Below, piece after piece: positions 1 to 14,252 of a DNA stretch of 64,000 nucleotides; positions within the stretch are counted from its first letter, which is position 1, and the number at the start of each line of letters is the position of its first letter. The DNA is taken from positions 88,412,001 to 88,476,000 of the forward strand of contig OZ024747.1 in the NCBI GenBank assembly GCA_964016885.1. Direction: 5' to 3'. The notes beneath the pieces are model-generated. The model had not been told where the DNA came from. It did not search any database and was given only the letters and a program-made list of their open reading frames with translations. The DNA comes from Eledone cirrhosa. Taxonomy: Eukaryota. Position numbers and translations under genes: made by a program.

Positions 1-920
1 TTTCCGATGAAGAACTAGAGTCTTCAATCTTCTTCTCCTTCTTCTTGTCCCCTATAGCATTTTGAATAAAGGAAACAAGATTGCTAGCCCTTGCAGTTAA
101 TCTCTTCTTAACAGAAGCCCCAAACCAACTAGTAACTGAAATTCTATAAATTTTAGAAAAAGCTGAATATTAGAATTTGATGAATGACTTAATAATAGCT
201 TCAAAGAATATAACGGAAAACAACAAATCCAAAGAAACTACCAAGTGAATTTATAATATTTCAAAATGTTTTAATACAAAATCAAATAAGCGAATAAATG
301 TGATGAAACAAGTACAAAATTACATAATCTTTTAATTATAAGAATGAAGTATTGAATGAATTGGTATACTATGAAATTGCATTAAACAATTATATGAAAT
401 TAGTCTACGTATAATATTACAATATGACCTGTGTTGAAACCCCCAAAGACGATCGAGGAAATGTTATTAGCTGACATGCAGTGACAAGCTCCTGAAGAAT
501 TTCATAATGTTGAAATTACTTCATATTAACTAGCGTAAATAATTATAATTGTCTCTCCATATAATTGAGTTCAATAAAGGCTAAATATTGTGTTCTAATT
601 GGAATGTTTACATTAATAATTGGTTTTGCATACATATACTATAGCAAAGTTGAGTTAACACTGAGAAAATCATAAGATTTCTAGCCAATAACGGGAAATT
701 ACAGATGTGAGGTTAATTATTTTCAAGTGAGAGAAACACACACTGTTAACTGGAAATGCAGCGACAACTTCAGTTCCGTTTAGGGGAGTCAGGTAATAAA
801 GTAAGAAAACGAAGTTTCCTAGAAAACCAGTTCTAATTGAGGGCATTAAGGAAGATAAAGGCAATTTGAAAAGTAAAATTGCAATATAATATATAATATA
901 GGGTATAATATGATCTAATA

Positions 921-1317
921 TAATTGTTTCTACTTTTGGCACAAGGCCAGCAATTACCCAGTACATGACTGGTACTTCATTTTATCGACCCCGTAAGGAT
1001 GAAAGGCAAAGTTAACCTCGGCGGGATTTGAACTCAGAATGGAAAGGACCGTAACTCTATGCGTCAAAGCATGGCGTCCGACCCTCTACCGATACTGCCA
1101 ATCAATATAATATAATATAATATAATATAATTGTTTCTACTTTAGGCACAAGGCCAGCAATTACCCAATACATTACTGGTATTTTATTTTATCGACCCCG
1201 TAAGGATGAAAGGCAAAGTTAACCTAGGCGGGATTTGAACTCAGACTGTAAAGGGACGTAACTATGCTAGAAAGCATGGTGTCTGACGCTCTGCCGATTC
1301 TGCCAATCTACCACCCC
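921..1317 (-). mobile_element. Two tandem copies of a tRNA-derived SINE (921-1103, 1128-1317)
   Basis: The minus strand reads A-box TGGCAGTATCGG, B-box GAGTTCAAATCCC, conserved body GCCTTTCATCCTTACGGGGTCGATAAAAT..GTACCAG (resembles the MetaSINE central domain, from memory) and an AT-rich tail. The same family recurs about 20 times in the window. Confidence 0.9.
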
Positions 1318-1437
1318 TATAATATAATATAATATAATATAATATAATATAATATAATATAATATAATATAATATAATATAATATAATATAATATAATGC
1401 AATGTAATCTAATCTAATCTAACCTAATGTAATATAA
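1318..1437. repeat. (AATAT)n pentanucleotide microsatellite
   Basis: Direct read; the repeat resumes at 2354 after the Helitron insertion. Confidence 0.95.
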
Positions 1438-2353
1438 TCTGTATATATATAACATTAAGTATGTGTGTGTGTGTGTGCGTGTGTGTGTGTGTGTCTGTGT
1501 CTGTGTGTCTGTGTATTTCCTATAGGGGCCTACATCTTACGACCGATTTTCATGAAACTTTACAGGTTCATAGATTAGTCATCGGGGAGTGTTTTCTATA
1601 TATCAGCGTATCGTTTCTTTTATTCCGGGGTCATTCTGCAGATAAAAATCTATAGGGGGGGGAGGGGGTCACCTTTCTTGAGGTATCGAAAAGTAAGATT
1701 GTTGGCTGTAGCTCCAACATTTTCCCACCGATTTCGTTCGAATTTTAAAGCAAAATAGAATTTATCATTGCACATCCTGTAATGGTTTTATATTTTGCAT
1801 TTGTTGTTCACGGACGGCGTGGCAGCCACTTAAATATTCAAAAATACCACTTTTAGACTCAAATTTCCACCTTTTCGGCTCTAGCTCCCACATTAATCAA
1901 CCTACTTTGTTCAAATGTTACACTACGCTAGATCTGATTATTTCACGTCTTAAATATTCGAAAATACCACATTTTCGCTCAAATTTCCGCGTTTTCGGCT
2001 CTAGCTCCCACATTTTTCAACCGATTTCGTTCAAATTCGAAACTTCGGCTCCACCTCACACATAAATCAATTTATTTGGTTCAACTTTTATACTACGATA
2101 GAACCTATCATTGCACATCTTATAGTAGCTTTACACTTTGCATTTTTTGTTCAGGGACGGCGTGGCAGCCGTTTAACTCTTCAAAATACGATTTTTTCCA
2201 CCTCCCACATATTACATACGATTTCACTTAACATTTCGTCATTTGCTACACTTACGACCGATTTTCAAAAACTCGCAGTCGCTAAGATCAACCCATTTTC
2301 ATTAAAGCAGATATTATTTTACCTACCCAGGCAACGCTGGGTACTGATGCTAG
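1438..2353 (+). mobile_element. Non-autonomous Helitron, family A copy 1
   Basis: A|TC 5' end at 1437/1438. Subterminal hairpin ACCCAG-GCAACG-CTGGGT followed by CTAG|T at 2350-2354. No TSD; inserted at an AT site inside (AATAT)n. Homologous copy at 52226-52960. Confidence 0.88.
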
Positions 2354-2580
2354 TATAATATAATATAATATAATATAATATTATATAAATAATATAATAC
2401 AAAAGAATTGGGAATTGAAATTGAACGAAATAGCTAACGAGAGACAAACATTTATAGAAATTAGATTAACCTAAATTAATAATCGGATTTAAGAATTACA
2501 GTTTGGCAGAGTTGTATATTAATATCAACATTTTGGGTATAAATTATATTAATATAACTCTTGTCTTTCCTTATTTTGGG

Positions 2581-2879
2581 TTCTTCTATTTCTTACTCTT
2601 GCTCAGTGAGACTGGGGTTATTTTAGGTCAGTGACCCAGAGGTATGTGTAGAGCCTACCAAGTTCACCAGTACCCTCCATCTCTGCCGGTCACGTGCCAG
2701 CCCCTCTGCATCTTCCAAGGTGACGTCGAGCCTCTGGAGATATTCCTTGATGGCATCCAACCATCTGGTGCAGGGCCTGATATGAGGCCCCTTCCAGCCT
2801 GTAGCTGCTGCATCAAAGGAGAGTAAGGCTCTGGTAGGATGATCTGGTGGCAGACGGAGGACATGTCCGTACCAGCGGA
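2581..2879 (-). mobile_element. RTE-clade LINE 3' fragment
   Basis: ORF 2623-2901 reads RWYGHVLRLPPDHPTRALL...RPCTRWLDAIKEYL...LARDRQRWR, typical of the RTE ORF C-terminus, followed by a short AAG-rich tail. Confidence 0.8.
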
Positions 2880-4220
2880 CAAAGTTTCCAAGATGCTTCA
2901 AGCTCTAGCTCGAATTGTTTGTAGGCTAACAGGTACACCTTTTGTATCCGATCGTTTATTCAGATCATCAGCAAATTTTCCCGATTTTATCACTACTTTG
3001 TTACTATTGTTAACTACGTAAAGGTTAACATTTTTACTGCGTCCAAAAACTCTTTTCATTAATAATAGTTGAGAACGTTGAATGCAACAACTGTAACTCA
3101 CATACGATAGCATTTACTGCTTTCCCTGCTACATGTTGGCTAATTATACATATTTTTACTTCTAAATTATATGATTTCCTCTTGTATTGAAAAGTATGAA
3201 CACATCTCCCGTTTGCACAGCAACTTTCGCAGTTATAAATCTTTAGAAGCTAAGTGAGATAGTTGTAATATGTTTGCTGTAGTAGGAATATTGAATTTAA
3301 TGGCTGAAGTACAACGGATGTGAAGAAAACGTATGCTTTCGTGGTGGGAATTATAAATGGTCATAACTGTGAGTGGTCGTAGGCCTTGTAGGATATACAT
3401 CGAGTAGTGCTTCTAAACTACACAGTATTTCACAAACATATAACAATAAGAGAATACAAATTATATGGGCCTATCGACTTTTGCAACTAACCTGATAGAG
3501 AATGAATGTTAAATTAAATATATAAATGATTCAATATGTGTTGCCGTTAGAACTTGGTTCGTCAATCTGGAATTTGAAACGATGTTAAAATCTTCGGATT
3601 ATTTGGGTTAACAGAAGAATAATTGAAAAACAATATCAATAGTATATTAAACTATAAGGTGTTTGTGTTACAGAAATGTAATTAGAAAAAGTGGAAATAA
3701 GCAAAGTTTGCTCACTATATCATATCTGTGTGAAGATATCACGATGTGGAAAGTTGAACAGAATAAACTGTGTAAATTGTGATGTTTAATGAACCTGTAA
3801 ACATGAAAGTGAGTATTTTGTGCTACACACTGTTTAGAGGCAATGGAATTTGTAAGTGTGGTGTATTACAGATGCGGAGATGTAGCTCTAAAAACCAGTG
3901 GTGACATGACTTGGCTGTTGTAGTGTGGCTCAGTACGGCTGATCGCTATCGCCAAAGTCCTTTGTCCTGTGTTTGAGAGGAAACTGAAAAAAAAAAAGGG
4001 TTTGGCTTATATACTCCTAGGTATCACCATAACTATTTCCTTTGGTCTCGTCGTAGTTATTTTCGTTTGGGTTACTGAAATATGCCGACACGCCGATTTA
4101 ACCACAGCCGATTTAACGTTGGTATAATTTTGATACATATTTAACGCCTTCGTTTTGACCACATATTTACTTGTGAAACAATATTCAAGTTTATTACAAT
4201 CTTCTTTAAATACTGTCTCA

Positions 4221-4572
4221 ATACATGATGGCTGCCTCATCGTTATCGAGTATGGCCATTGCACGATATTATTAATAATTATCAATTAATGCTATCGTGC
4301 AATGCCTATGCGTGAAGATTTTTTTTTAAAGTGAGGAAAGACAGTGCACTGAGCCAATCCCACTCTCTGGGCGACAGTAGCTATAACCCGAAAAGAAGAA
4401 AAGATCAACATCGTCGGTAACTACTGAGCCGCAGTTTCTATGTTGGAGTTATCCTAGTTTTCTGAGTTGCCTTTTTCTAGAAGAATGCTCTGACAAAGGC
4501 TAGGGGTCCGTCATTCCCAGTGGTTTAACTGCGCGATCGGGTATCCAGCCCGATTATTTCTATGTCCCCGCG
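4221..4572 (-). mobile_element. RTE-derived bipartite non-autonomous element
   Basis: The minus strand shares TAGCCTTTGTCA..TTCTAGAA..AACTC, GATGTTGA..TTCTTCTTTT, GAGAGTGGGA.TGGCT..GTGCA and the 3' tail TGGCC.TACTCGA.AACGA..GGCAGCCA with the element at 49538-50143. Confidence 0.75.
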
Positions 4573-4607
4573 CATATACATACACATGCATACATGTATA
4601 TACATAT

Positions 4608-4665
<58 letters not shown>

Positions 4666-4744
4666 GTATATACATATATACATTTATATATATACAAATG
4701 CATACATGTATATATATATATTTACACAATTTTGGATACATACA

Positions 4745-4905
4745 TGCATACATACATGATGATGGCTGCCCATCAGTATTCGAGTATGGCCATTGCACAA
4801 TATACTATTATTAATAATTATTAACTAATGCCATCATGCGATACCTGTGCGTGAAGATTTATTTTTAAAGTGAGGAAAGACTGTGCACTGAGCCAATCCC
4901 ACTCT

Positions 4906-4906
<1 letters not shown>
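4745..4906 (-). mobile_element. 5'-truncated second copy of the RTE-derived element
   Basis: Near-duplicate of 4221-4367; truncated at an (ACT)n tract. Confidence 0.75.

Positions 4907-4979
<73 letters not shown>
4907..4979. repeat. (ACT)n microsatellite
   Basis: Direct read. Confidence 0.95.
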
Positions 4980-6350
4980 GCACTCTTCACATATTCTACA
5001 CTGTTTATAAACAAATCTAGTGCAAATAAATGAATCCCAATGCTTTACCAATGAATATTGTAGCTGAACGCACCTCTCAATCAAATGGTATTAATACATA
5101 AACTACCGCCATCAGAAAAATAAAAAAAAGCCAAGGTTGATCAGAGCATAGGATTTGAGCTTAGAAAGTAAAGCGGTGATTACTAAATGCTGAGACGCAT
5201 TGAATGCGAAACATTCAATCTAGCATACTTACCTTAGAAACTTCTGATCAAGATTACCTTATGATATTTAAGCATACCTTTTCTGTGCTCACTGTAGACC
5301 ATTACAATCAGATGATAGTATCGTCAGAATAAACAACACTTAGAAAGTTAATTTCGAAATATTTCACACGTATGTGTTATTTTACTCTATTCTGTAATAA
5401 AGATAGGCTTTTTAATTAATTGCTCTATGAGAAGTCATAAAATTCAAGATCGTTCTATTTGATAGTATTTAATGAATGTATAATAATTAATATTCAACAA
5501 TAAGAAATATCATTTAACATCTAGAATCGAATTATTTTGCCTTTAGAACTTTTAACAGAAGAAAACCTTGAATGATGCCCGATAAAAAATATATCTTCAC
5601 AAAAATCGATTGTTAGCTAAATCATGAGAGAAGAAATAAAGAAGTAAAGAAACGAAAGAGAGAAGTTAATTATAATATGCAAATGAAAGCAAGTAGTTAC
5701 ACTAATAATAATTATGACTAGTGTGAATGTGTGTCCAGGAAACATACATATACACCAGGTCTGAAAATAAAAGAACCAAACTCCCACTGTCACTGCCTCC
5801 GTCTCTCCCGCTATGACTTGTTTACTATTATAAAACGCAACTAATATAAAATTCAACATAAAATCATGGCAGTCTGAAGATGTAACTTACAACCACGGCT
5901 TCGAAGTAACAGCTACCCTTTCCTTCTTATACACACCATAACACACAGGCATACACACACACACACGCACACACATTCACACACACCATAACACACAGCC
6001 ACACACAATAACACAGATACACTCACACACCATAACACACAGGCACACACACACACACACACCATAACACCACAAACATAACAAGTGACATATCAATTAT
6101 GTATGTGGTGCAATCAAACTAAAAGTGGCGAAGAATCTATTGGGGAGATTCAGGGATGCACAACACGAATATTCCGGCAATAAATTGAAGATAACTGACA
6201 CTTAGATCGATTGTTGTTTGTTTGAAGTGTCCGAGTTGTAGAAATAAAGCACAGTAATCACTCTATGAGTCTGAACGCCAAGTGTGATAGAAGATTGTAC
6301 AGACAATAATTCATCAACGAAGAGACTAAACATGAACAGCAGAGAGAAAT

Positions 6351-6895
6351 CATATAACAAGCTGGCCAACATATATGATATTAGAAGTAACCATATGAAC
6401 CATATAGCAAGCTGGCCAACATATATGATATTAGAAGTAACCATATGAACTTTATAACAAGCTGGCCAACATATATGATATTAGAAGTAACCATATGAAC
6501 CATATAGCAAGCTGGCCAACATATATGATATTAGAAGTAATCATATGAACTTTATAACAAGCTGGCCAACATATATGATATTAGAAGTAATCATATGAAC
6601 TTTATAACAAGCTGGCCAACATATATGATATTAGAAGTAATCATATGAACTTTATAACAAGCTGGCCAACATATATGATATTAGAAGTATCCATATGAAC
6701 TTTATAACAAGCTGGCCAACATATATGATATTAGAAGTAATCATATGAACTTTATAGCAAACTGGCCAACATATATGATATTAGAAGTAATCATATGAAC
6801 CATATAACAAGCTGGCCAACATATATGATATTAGAAGTAATCATATGAACTTTATAGCAAGCTGGCCAACATATATGATATTAGAAGTAATCATG
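6351..6895. repeat. 50-bp minisatellite, ~11 copies
   Basis: (G/A)CTGGCCAACATATATGATATTAGAAGTA recurs exactly every 50 bp from 6361 to 6861 with no unique spacers. Confidence 0.97.
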
Positions 6896-7006
6896 AATTT
6901 TCTTGTTAAGAACCTTAGTGCAAGGTTTGATTTAAGTCATAAGGTGAAATGAATTAATTGCTAATATGGAAATAGAGGATTTTTCAAAGCATTATTATAA
7001 AGCCCA

Positions 7007-7197
7007 GGGTAGTGGATTGGCAGTTTCGGTAGAGGGCCGGACGCCATGTTTTCCAGCATAGTTACGTCCATTTACAGTCCGAGTTCAAATCCCTCCAAGA
7101 TTAACTTTGCCTTTCATCCTTACGGTGTCGATAAAATTAAGTACCAGTAATGTACTGGTTAATTGCTGGCCTTGTGCCAAAAGTAGAAACAATTATT
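7007..7197 (+). mobile_element. tRNA-derived SINE
   Basis: Full-length copy with A/B boxes, central domain and ATT tail. Confidence 0.9.
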
Positions 7198-10149
7198 ATA
7201 AAGGCCACACTTTCTCCTACAATTCAAGATTATCATAACCTAGATACTTGAATTGATACAGATGAAAATAAATGCCATTGGTTCTATTTCAAGTAAACAA
7301 TGGACAGTAGTAACAGGTTAGGCAGTACTCTCTATTGTATGTGAATTATTGTAAATATTGCTTCAGAAATGCCACCTTATTAGCTACAATGGCACAGATT
7401 TAAGAACATCGGCGATATAAAGCTAATCAAATAACCACAAATGGTGAGTTGAAACAGGCTCAAAGAAATCCTATTGTGGAAGGCTTATCAACAATAAAAT
7501 AGGCTCTATATAAGGAGATGTTGGTGTATTTATGGTGGGTAGAAAAAGAATTCATATTTACCAAAGGCGTAGATGTAATATTGTTTACAACGAAAAATGA
7601 AACCAAGTGTTAATATGTATTACATTCTACTCTGTCACCATATTCATTACCTTATTCTTTATAACATAACAAGGCCAACAATTTAGAGCAGAGTAAACGT
7701 CGATTATAATGTATTGACACCTGAAGGATGAAAGGTAGAAAGTAAGGAGTAGGAACAAATACCACCAAACATTTTGTTCGAAGCTCTAACGATTCTGCCA
7801 ATCCAATCACACTAAATAGTTCTTGAATTAATTAATACCAACTACTGTATGAATGCATCACATCGTATGAATTATACCTTTTCCTGTCACTAAGTAACAG
7901 AAATATTTACTGATAACACAAGATTTGATTTCACAGTTAAAACTATATTGTGCCAATGTTCCTGTTAGCCGTTTACTCACTTATACATAGATATTATTCT
8001 ATTTCATTTCGTGTTGAAATATCTTGGAGAGATAAGTCGCTTTAATCGATCTATTGATTTGATAGTTCTTTAAACAGATATGTTTCTTCAAATAAACTTT
8101 ATTTTCTTGCATAAATATAGTCTGCTTTGTTTTCTAATCAAAGCAGAGTGAAAACGGATTAGGAGGATGAAGCGAATCCCAGTTTGTTTCGGATCAATTT
8201 ACTAAAAGTTTAATTATTTCGATAGATTTGAATGATTTTGTTTGGATGACGATCTATCTTATGCAGCCATCCTCCAAATGATAACAAAAAAAAAAAAATT
8301 GATAAAGTCACAGAATCTGCGTTCAATTATTCATAACAATTCCCTGCACTTTGTTATCCTGTCAGTACAAAATCTAGAACTCATGAAAACGATACGGAGT
8401 AGTTAAAATGTCTAGTTTAAATCTTCTCAGAGAACCAAGATTGTAATTGTTTGAAGAGCTTTATTTCACGTTTGCACCTGCCGTAATTGACAACATTCTC
8501 AATGTCACTTCGACGTATGCATCGTTAGGTTTCTAGAATACGAGAACATTTCTTTCACGATCGAAGTAGAAATTTCCCCTTTTCGTTGCTCCATAGTAAT
8601 CTGTGGGATTTGCAGATAGTGTTTGACATTTTATCTCTTTGAAATCTCTTCGTTCTTTTGTGTTTCTTTAAGCAGGAAAAAGAGGAAATGTGATAAATAT
8701 ACTTAATTCTGAAGTGTAAATTATATATGCCCAGATTGTTGACTAAAATAGTCATCCGAATTAACAGCTGCTAAACAATCACTGAGCGAATGCAATTCAA
8801 AGTAAGGAAAAAAGAGTTTATTCCCGTTTATATCGATCTGTCTTTCCCCCTCTATTTCGTTTTTACACACACATACACACAGGTACGTGTGTGTGTGTGT
8901 GTGTGCGCGTGTGTGTGTCTATCAATCCATTTTACCTATATCTATCTATAGATATATAGATACTAATACAGAGGAAACTAGTAGTAATCTCTCTTGACAA
9001 ACTGATACAATAAAGTTCAGAAAAATACATGGAGCGTTAACATTTTCTGTGCAGTGTATTGTATGTGTACACACACACACACATACACATGTGCCATATA
9101 AGTAGACGCTATGTTTATTCTACAGTACTATCGCTGCAGCACGTACTGAAGAACAACTCGACTAGTTTCGCCTGGACACCACCTTCTCTTGGGGAGTTTG
9201 TGACCTTTGTTTTACAGAGAGAAATGGTGACTTAAAGCTACCAATGAAAAATGTTTTCAGTGTCAAGCATGTATTTTACTCATGTGTATATCGGTTCAAC
9301 CGTGGGGGTATATATAATTAAGGAAAGTGCTTTGACAATATATGTGTGGATAAATTGTATATATGTTTATATAGGTACTTTTAATAAAATCACATAACCA
9401 CACAATGCATATAGACCCTTTAGTTAAATCATAGTAGTGTCTCTTCACAAAAGGAACAAAAAATATTCTCTAAGTTTCGGGTTTGAGTCCAATGTGGGGC
9501 ATCTTGGAAAATGTCATTTAGCATAGCTAAAGTCGAGTCATGCTTTGTGAGTGAAATCGGGTGGAGTAAAACTGGAAGCCTGTAATGCAAAGGACCAGTC
9601 TTATCACACACTGTGCCATACTGAATCATCCAGAGAATTATGCTATGGGTACACACGTTTGTGGAACCCTCAACAACGTACACGTTAATTCTATTAGCAG
9701 GTTGTTCCTTTGATCTAACAACTAGAACACTCATCGTCGAAGCCGATGTAGGTCCATTTCACGACAAACAGCTGCCACAAGATCCTAGAATCGTTTATTG
9801 TAGATTTATATCAGAATATTTGCGAGAGCTAAATAATGTGAAGAATCCCTGTCGGTTTCATTTTAGTAGCAGCAGCAGTAAAATATGTCTAATCGTGTTG
9901 GAACTGGTCTCGCTAAAGTTGAAAATCTAATTTCTATTATAAACACTAACGGAAGTAAATAGTCGCATGTTTTATAGAGACAAATATACACTTTGTATAT
10001 CATTTTTATCTTTTCGAATTCAACTTCGTCTGTCTCAATATTAACCATATCACCAAAGTTTAAAATTTTCCCCTTCACTGTTATCCCAGAAAAAAATGAA
10101 TATTATTGGCCAAAGAGAAACAACACTATTATATGAATCGTATTTACGA

Positions 10150-10335
10150 TAATAGTTTCTGCTTTAGATACAAGGCCAGCAAGTTTTGGCGAGGTGAAAG
10201 TCGAATAAATGATCCCAGTGCATGACTGGTACTTTATTTTATCGACCTCGTAAGGATGAAAGGCAAAGCTAACCTCAGCAGAATTTGAACTCAGAACATA
10301 AAGGGCTGCAACTATATACTGCCAATTCGTTGCCC
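10150..10335 (-). mobile_element. tRNA-derived SINE (older, long variant)
   Basis: GGTACTTTATTTTATCGACCTCGTAAGGATGAAAGGCAAAG and ATTTGAACTCAG motifs. Confidence 0.8.
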
Positions 10336-10823
10336 TCAGGATGAACAGTGAGGTTTAATTCAGAAGATAAAACGGCACTATACTTTTTTTCCATTTAACT
10401 TCCTTCATATATTTGATTGGCATTTCTAATTCTACCAGGGATTATTTCCTTCAAATTACACTCTATCGTCTTAAAAAAGGAAGGACACATTGGATGATAA
10501 ATTTGTACGAAAATACCGGATAATCGCGACTAGAACACCTCCAGGCATATTTCAGCTCAATCAGGACTGATTTAGGTTAAACAACACCGACAAAAATTGT
10601 AACTTTTTCCTAACGTGAAATATCAATATAAAGAGAAAGTAGAAAACATCTAAATTAATGTTAACGTTTGTCTTTATATTTTTATATAATTAAACTTGTA
10701 ATGTAGGTACAACATGTAATATTTCACAGTGTCCTCTCATACAGACAATAGCCTCTATATATGTAGTGATAAATTAATATAGTTTCTCTTTCTGATATAG
10801 AATGAGAGAAGTAATATTATATG

Positions 10824-10967
10824 CAGTGCCGGATTTAGCACAGGGCCCCATTGGCCAGTAGGGTTGGCATCTCCCTACCCGCCAAATTTTTACGATGAAT
10901 TTTTCAAATGTTTCGGGCCTCATAACTTAACTAGCACAGGGCCTCATTTGTCCTAAATCCGGGTCTG
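10824..10967. mobile_element. hAT-like MITE
   Basis: TIRs CAGTGCCGGATTTAG / CTAAATCCGGGTCTG; 8-bp TSD ATTATATG / ATTATGTG. Confidence 0.8.
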
Positions 10968-11063
10968 ATTATGTGATGGTTAAAGTTTTCCCATGAGCAA
11001 TTAAGTAATGTGAAGATACAGCTAAGCATCGAAAATGAGTCGAGTTCTAGAACAACTACAAAA

Positions 11064-11094
<31 letters not shown>

Positions 11095-11319
11095 ACTGCA
11101 TTTGTTTCATTACCTCCAAAATGGACGTAATTATTTTATGGGCGGTGAAACTCATAACATGTTAGGTAATAAAAGAATTTGTGAAATATTTTGTTTCATT
11201 CTGTGTATTTCTTTGTTGCATATGTTAGTAATCGAAAGTGTAAATTAAACTCTTATCGACTTTACCTTTCACCCACTGCTTATAGTGAGTAACTATTGAA
11301 GCATGTGAAGCTTATAGAA

Positions 11320-11627
11320 CAGGGGTGTGTATCATATTCCATTGGCGGGTCACCTTTGAACATTGGAACAACTATTAGAGCCAGTCACTGTCAAAAATAT
11401 GTAGTCTAATGAAAACCACAACTTCTTTCCATAACATGGAACTGGGCAGTTATAACACACATAACCCTATCAGTGAAACCTTGTAGTATAGGTCAACTAA
11501 CAGAAAACTAACGGAAAAAAATTCTAAATAAGCCTATAAGGTAAAAATTAAAAATGGTCATCGCGGGCTACTCTGATTGGTCTGGCGGGCTGGATTGTGG
11601 CCCGCGGGCCGCCCGTTGCACGCCTTG
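11320..11627. mobile_element. hAT (Charlie-like) MITE
   Basis: Ends CAGGGGTGTG / GCACGCCTTG; subterminal GGCCCGCGGGCC motif; 8-bp TSD TTATAGAA / TTATAGAC. Confidence 0.8.
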
Positions 11628-12445
11628 TTATAGACAATTTGAACTGGCCCGTTGAATTTAGTCAGAGACACTGCACAGTGATAATCTATCTAGCTATCAA
11701 TATCTTATTGATCAGCTACGATTCTGCATAGGATTGTCTCCACATAATATTGACTATGTTATACAATCATTTTTCAAATGACAAAGCCAATATAAAGTCA
11801 CGTTACATATGTAGCGTTTCTCTTCACGCTAGCAACAATAAAATGATCCGTAAAATCAATGTTTGAACAATGTCTTACAGTTAAGAGGAACCTCCTTGGT
11901 CACGTAGTGTCTTGCGCAAAATCTAGTGTTATCGATATGTTAAAGAATATAAATCATTGCTCAAACAATAGATTTGTATTCGCTTAGATTAAAAGTCGTT
12001 TTAACCTATTCAGGAAAAGAGAATAGAAAAGCTATTTTTACAATAACATTTCATCTTTTGTGTGTGTATTTACATTGTTTAATTTGTATGGTAAAACTTC
12101 TTATTTCTTTATCATTTTGTATGTTGCTTATATAATTCTATAGTTTCTAGACTGTCTCTATATCTCCATACAAATCTCCAGTTACTTTTCTGTGAGAAAT
12201 TGTACGCAGCCTCATTAGTTTGTAATTATCAGAATAAAAACAGCAACATCAGAAACATATAAAAAGAAATATCTATTTAAAGTACAGGAAACATAAATGT
12301 AAGTATCTAAAGAAACTTAGGATATGTACAGTAACATATTTCCCATTTGGCCTCTAGATCTTTAACGTAAATAACATATATTCATACCATACTTTGATGG
12401 TTTCGTCTTTAAAGAAATCTGCTGTGGATATAGCATTATATCATA

Positions 12446-12552
<107 letters not shown>

Positions 12553-12742
12553 ACACAAACACTCCATCTCAATTCTACTTTTGAAAAGTACAAGAACTGC
12601 GAAATCGGTAAAGGAACCAAATAAATATATCTTTTTTAAAAAAGACTTCAGTTGCATTTTCGATTTCACCTTTTTTCCTTATACTTTCACTCGTGTAGGA
12701 CACCTAGTTTTTTTCATTTTGTAAAAACACCTCACTTTGTAA

Positions 12743-12829
<87 letters not shown>

Positions 12830-13519
12830 TCTTCTGTATAATCAGGGTAGAGTATCTGCAGATTTCTCATTAGTTCTGCATAAATATTCTCCTTTTCGCT
12901 AATCTTTGATATATTGCCATCTGCTGGACAGCTAACTTCCACTACTGTGCATGCCTTCTTTTCCCTGTCCCATATTATAATATTTGGTCTGTTATACCTG
13001 CATTTTATTGGTGTTTTTACTGGAACATTCCACCAGTACTCTTTCATATTATGTATATGTATGTCTTCCACATTGCTGTAGCTTTTAATGTGTTTATTAT
13101 CGGGGCTATCTTTTCTATGGATTGCATTGTACAGTTTTTTTGGCCACTACATCATGCCTCATAGGTAGATAGTACCGCAATGAGATCTTTGGACAGCTGC
13201 TTATGACATGGGTGACATCTTCGATGTTAATTCTGCAGAGTCTGCACTTGTTATCACATCTAGGTGTTTTGCTTGCATCCCTATCTCTTTTGTGAATCAG
13301 GTATTTCGTGTTGATTTCCTGTTCTTGGATTGCAAAAGCATATCCTTCAAAGTGGGAGCCAATATAGCGGTTGTTGGTCCAAGATAGACTATTTTCTTTA
13401 TCTATATTACTTTCACTCTGGAGCTTCCTGGCAACATATCCATGCATGATTTTTTGCTGATAAGCATGCAGTTTTTGATCCATGGATTCACTGAGATACT
13501 GCCGAGCAACTTCCCTGGG
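12830..13519 (-). mobile_element. R4/Dong-clade (R2 superfamily) non-LTR retrotransposon fragment: CCHC knuckle plus restriction-like endonuclease
   Basis: AIQEQEINTKY...CRLCRINIEDVTHVISSC...RHDVVA (ORF 13115-13483), then YWWN...[23 protein letters not shown]...EKENIY (ORF 12679-13071). Frameshifted; bounded by (GT)n and (GTAT)n. Confidence 0.88.
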
Positions 13520-13769
13520 TGTGTATGTATGTATGTATGTATGTATGTATGTATGTATGTATGTATGTATGTATGTATGTATGTATGTATGTATGTATGT
13601 ATGTATATGTATAATATATATGTAGAACTAGAATTTAGCTTCGAGCACATCTGTATACAAGGATGTATTGGAATTTCGTATTTTTTAAAAATACGGCATG
13701 TTTATAAATAAACATTTAGAAAGCCGTAGCTATGTAAAATCACTGGCGGCTATCACCATATATATATAC

Positions 13770-13919
<150 letters not shown>

Positions 13920-14252
13920 TAATCCTTGAAAGACAGAGTGTTTAAAACTGCAATATAAGTGTTTGTCTGCATGTTATGAATATATATATCAGCTGCTGGT
14001 GCTACCTGATGTTTCTTGTTTTCAATTACATCTTCAGTAATATTGTTTTGTTCTACATAAACCAAATGCTATCTATCGTTGACAATACCATATTTTAGGT
14101 GTATGCTGGACTATATCGTAGAAAGTGTCCTTTAAACGGTTTTAGTTACTGATACACGTAGTAAACAAAAGCATCCTATATATTCTTTGGCTGCTTGGCA
14201 AGCTGAAAACAGCAGCCAAATCACGCCACGATATTATTATTTACAGATGTCT

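Noticed and set aside
1-560. Possible Penelope 3' remnant with CTGAAGA at ~492
   Set aside because: No clear protein motif or complete hammerhead fold could be read.
6351-6895. Regular 50-bp repeats resembling a CRISPR array
   Set aside because: There are no unique spacers or cas genes and the context is eukaryotic; it is a plain minisatellite.
12580-12690. Degenerate hairpin between TA arrays with CTGAAG on the minus strand
   Set aside because: It has two core mismatches and weak helices, which could arise by chance in AT-rich DNA.
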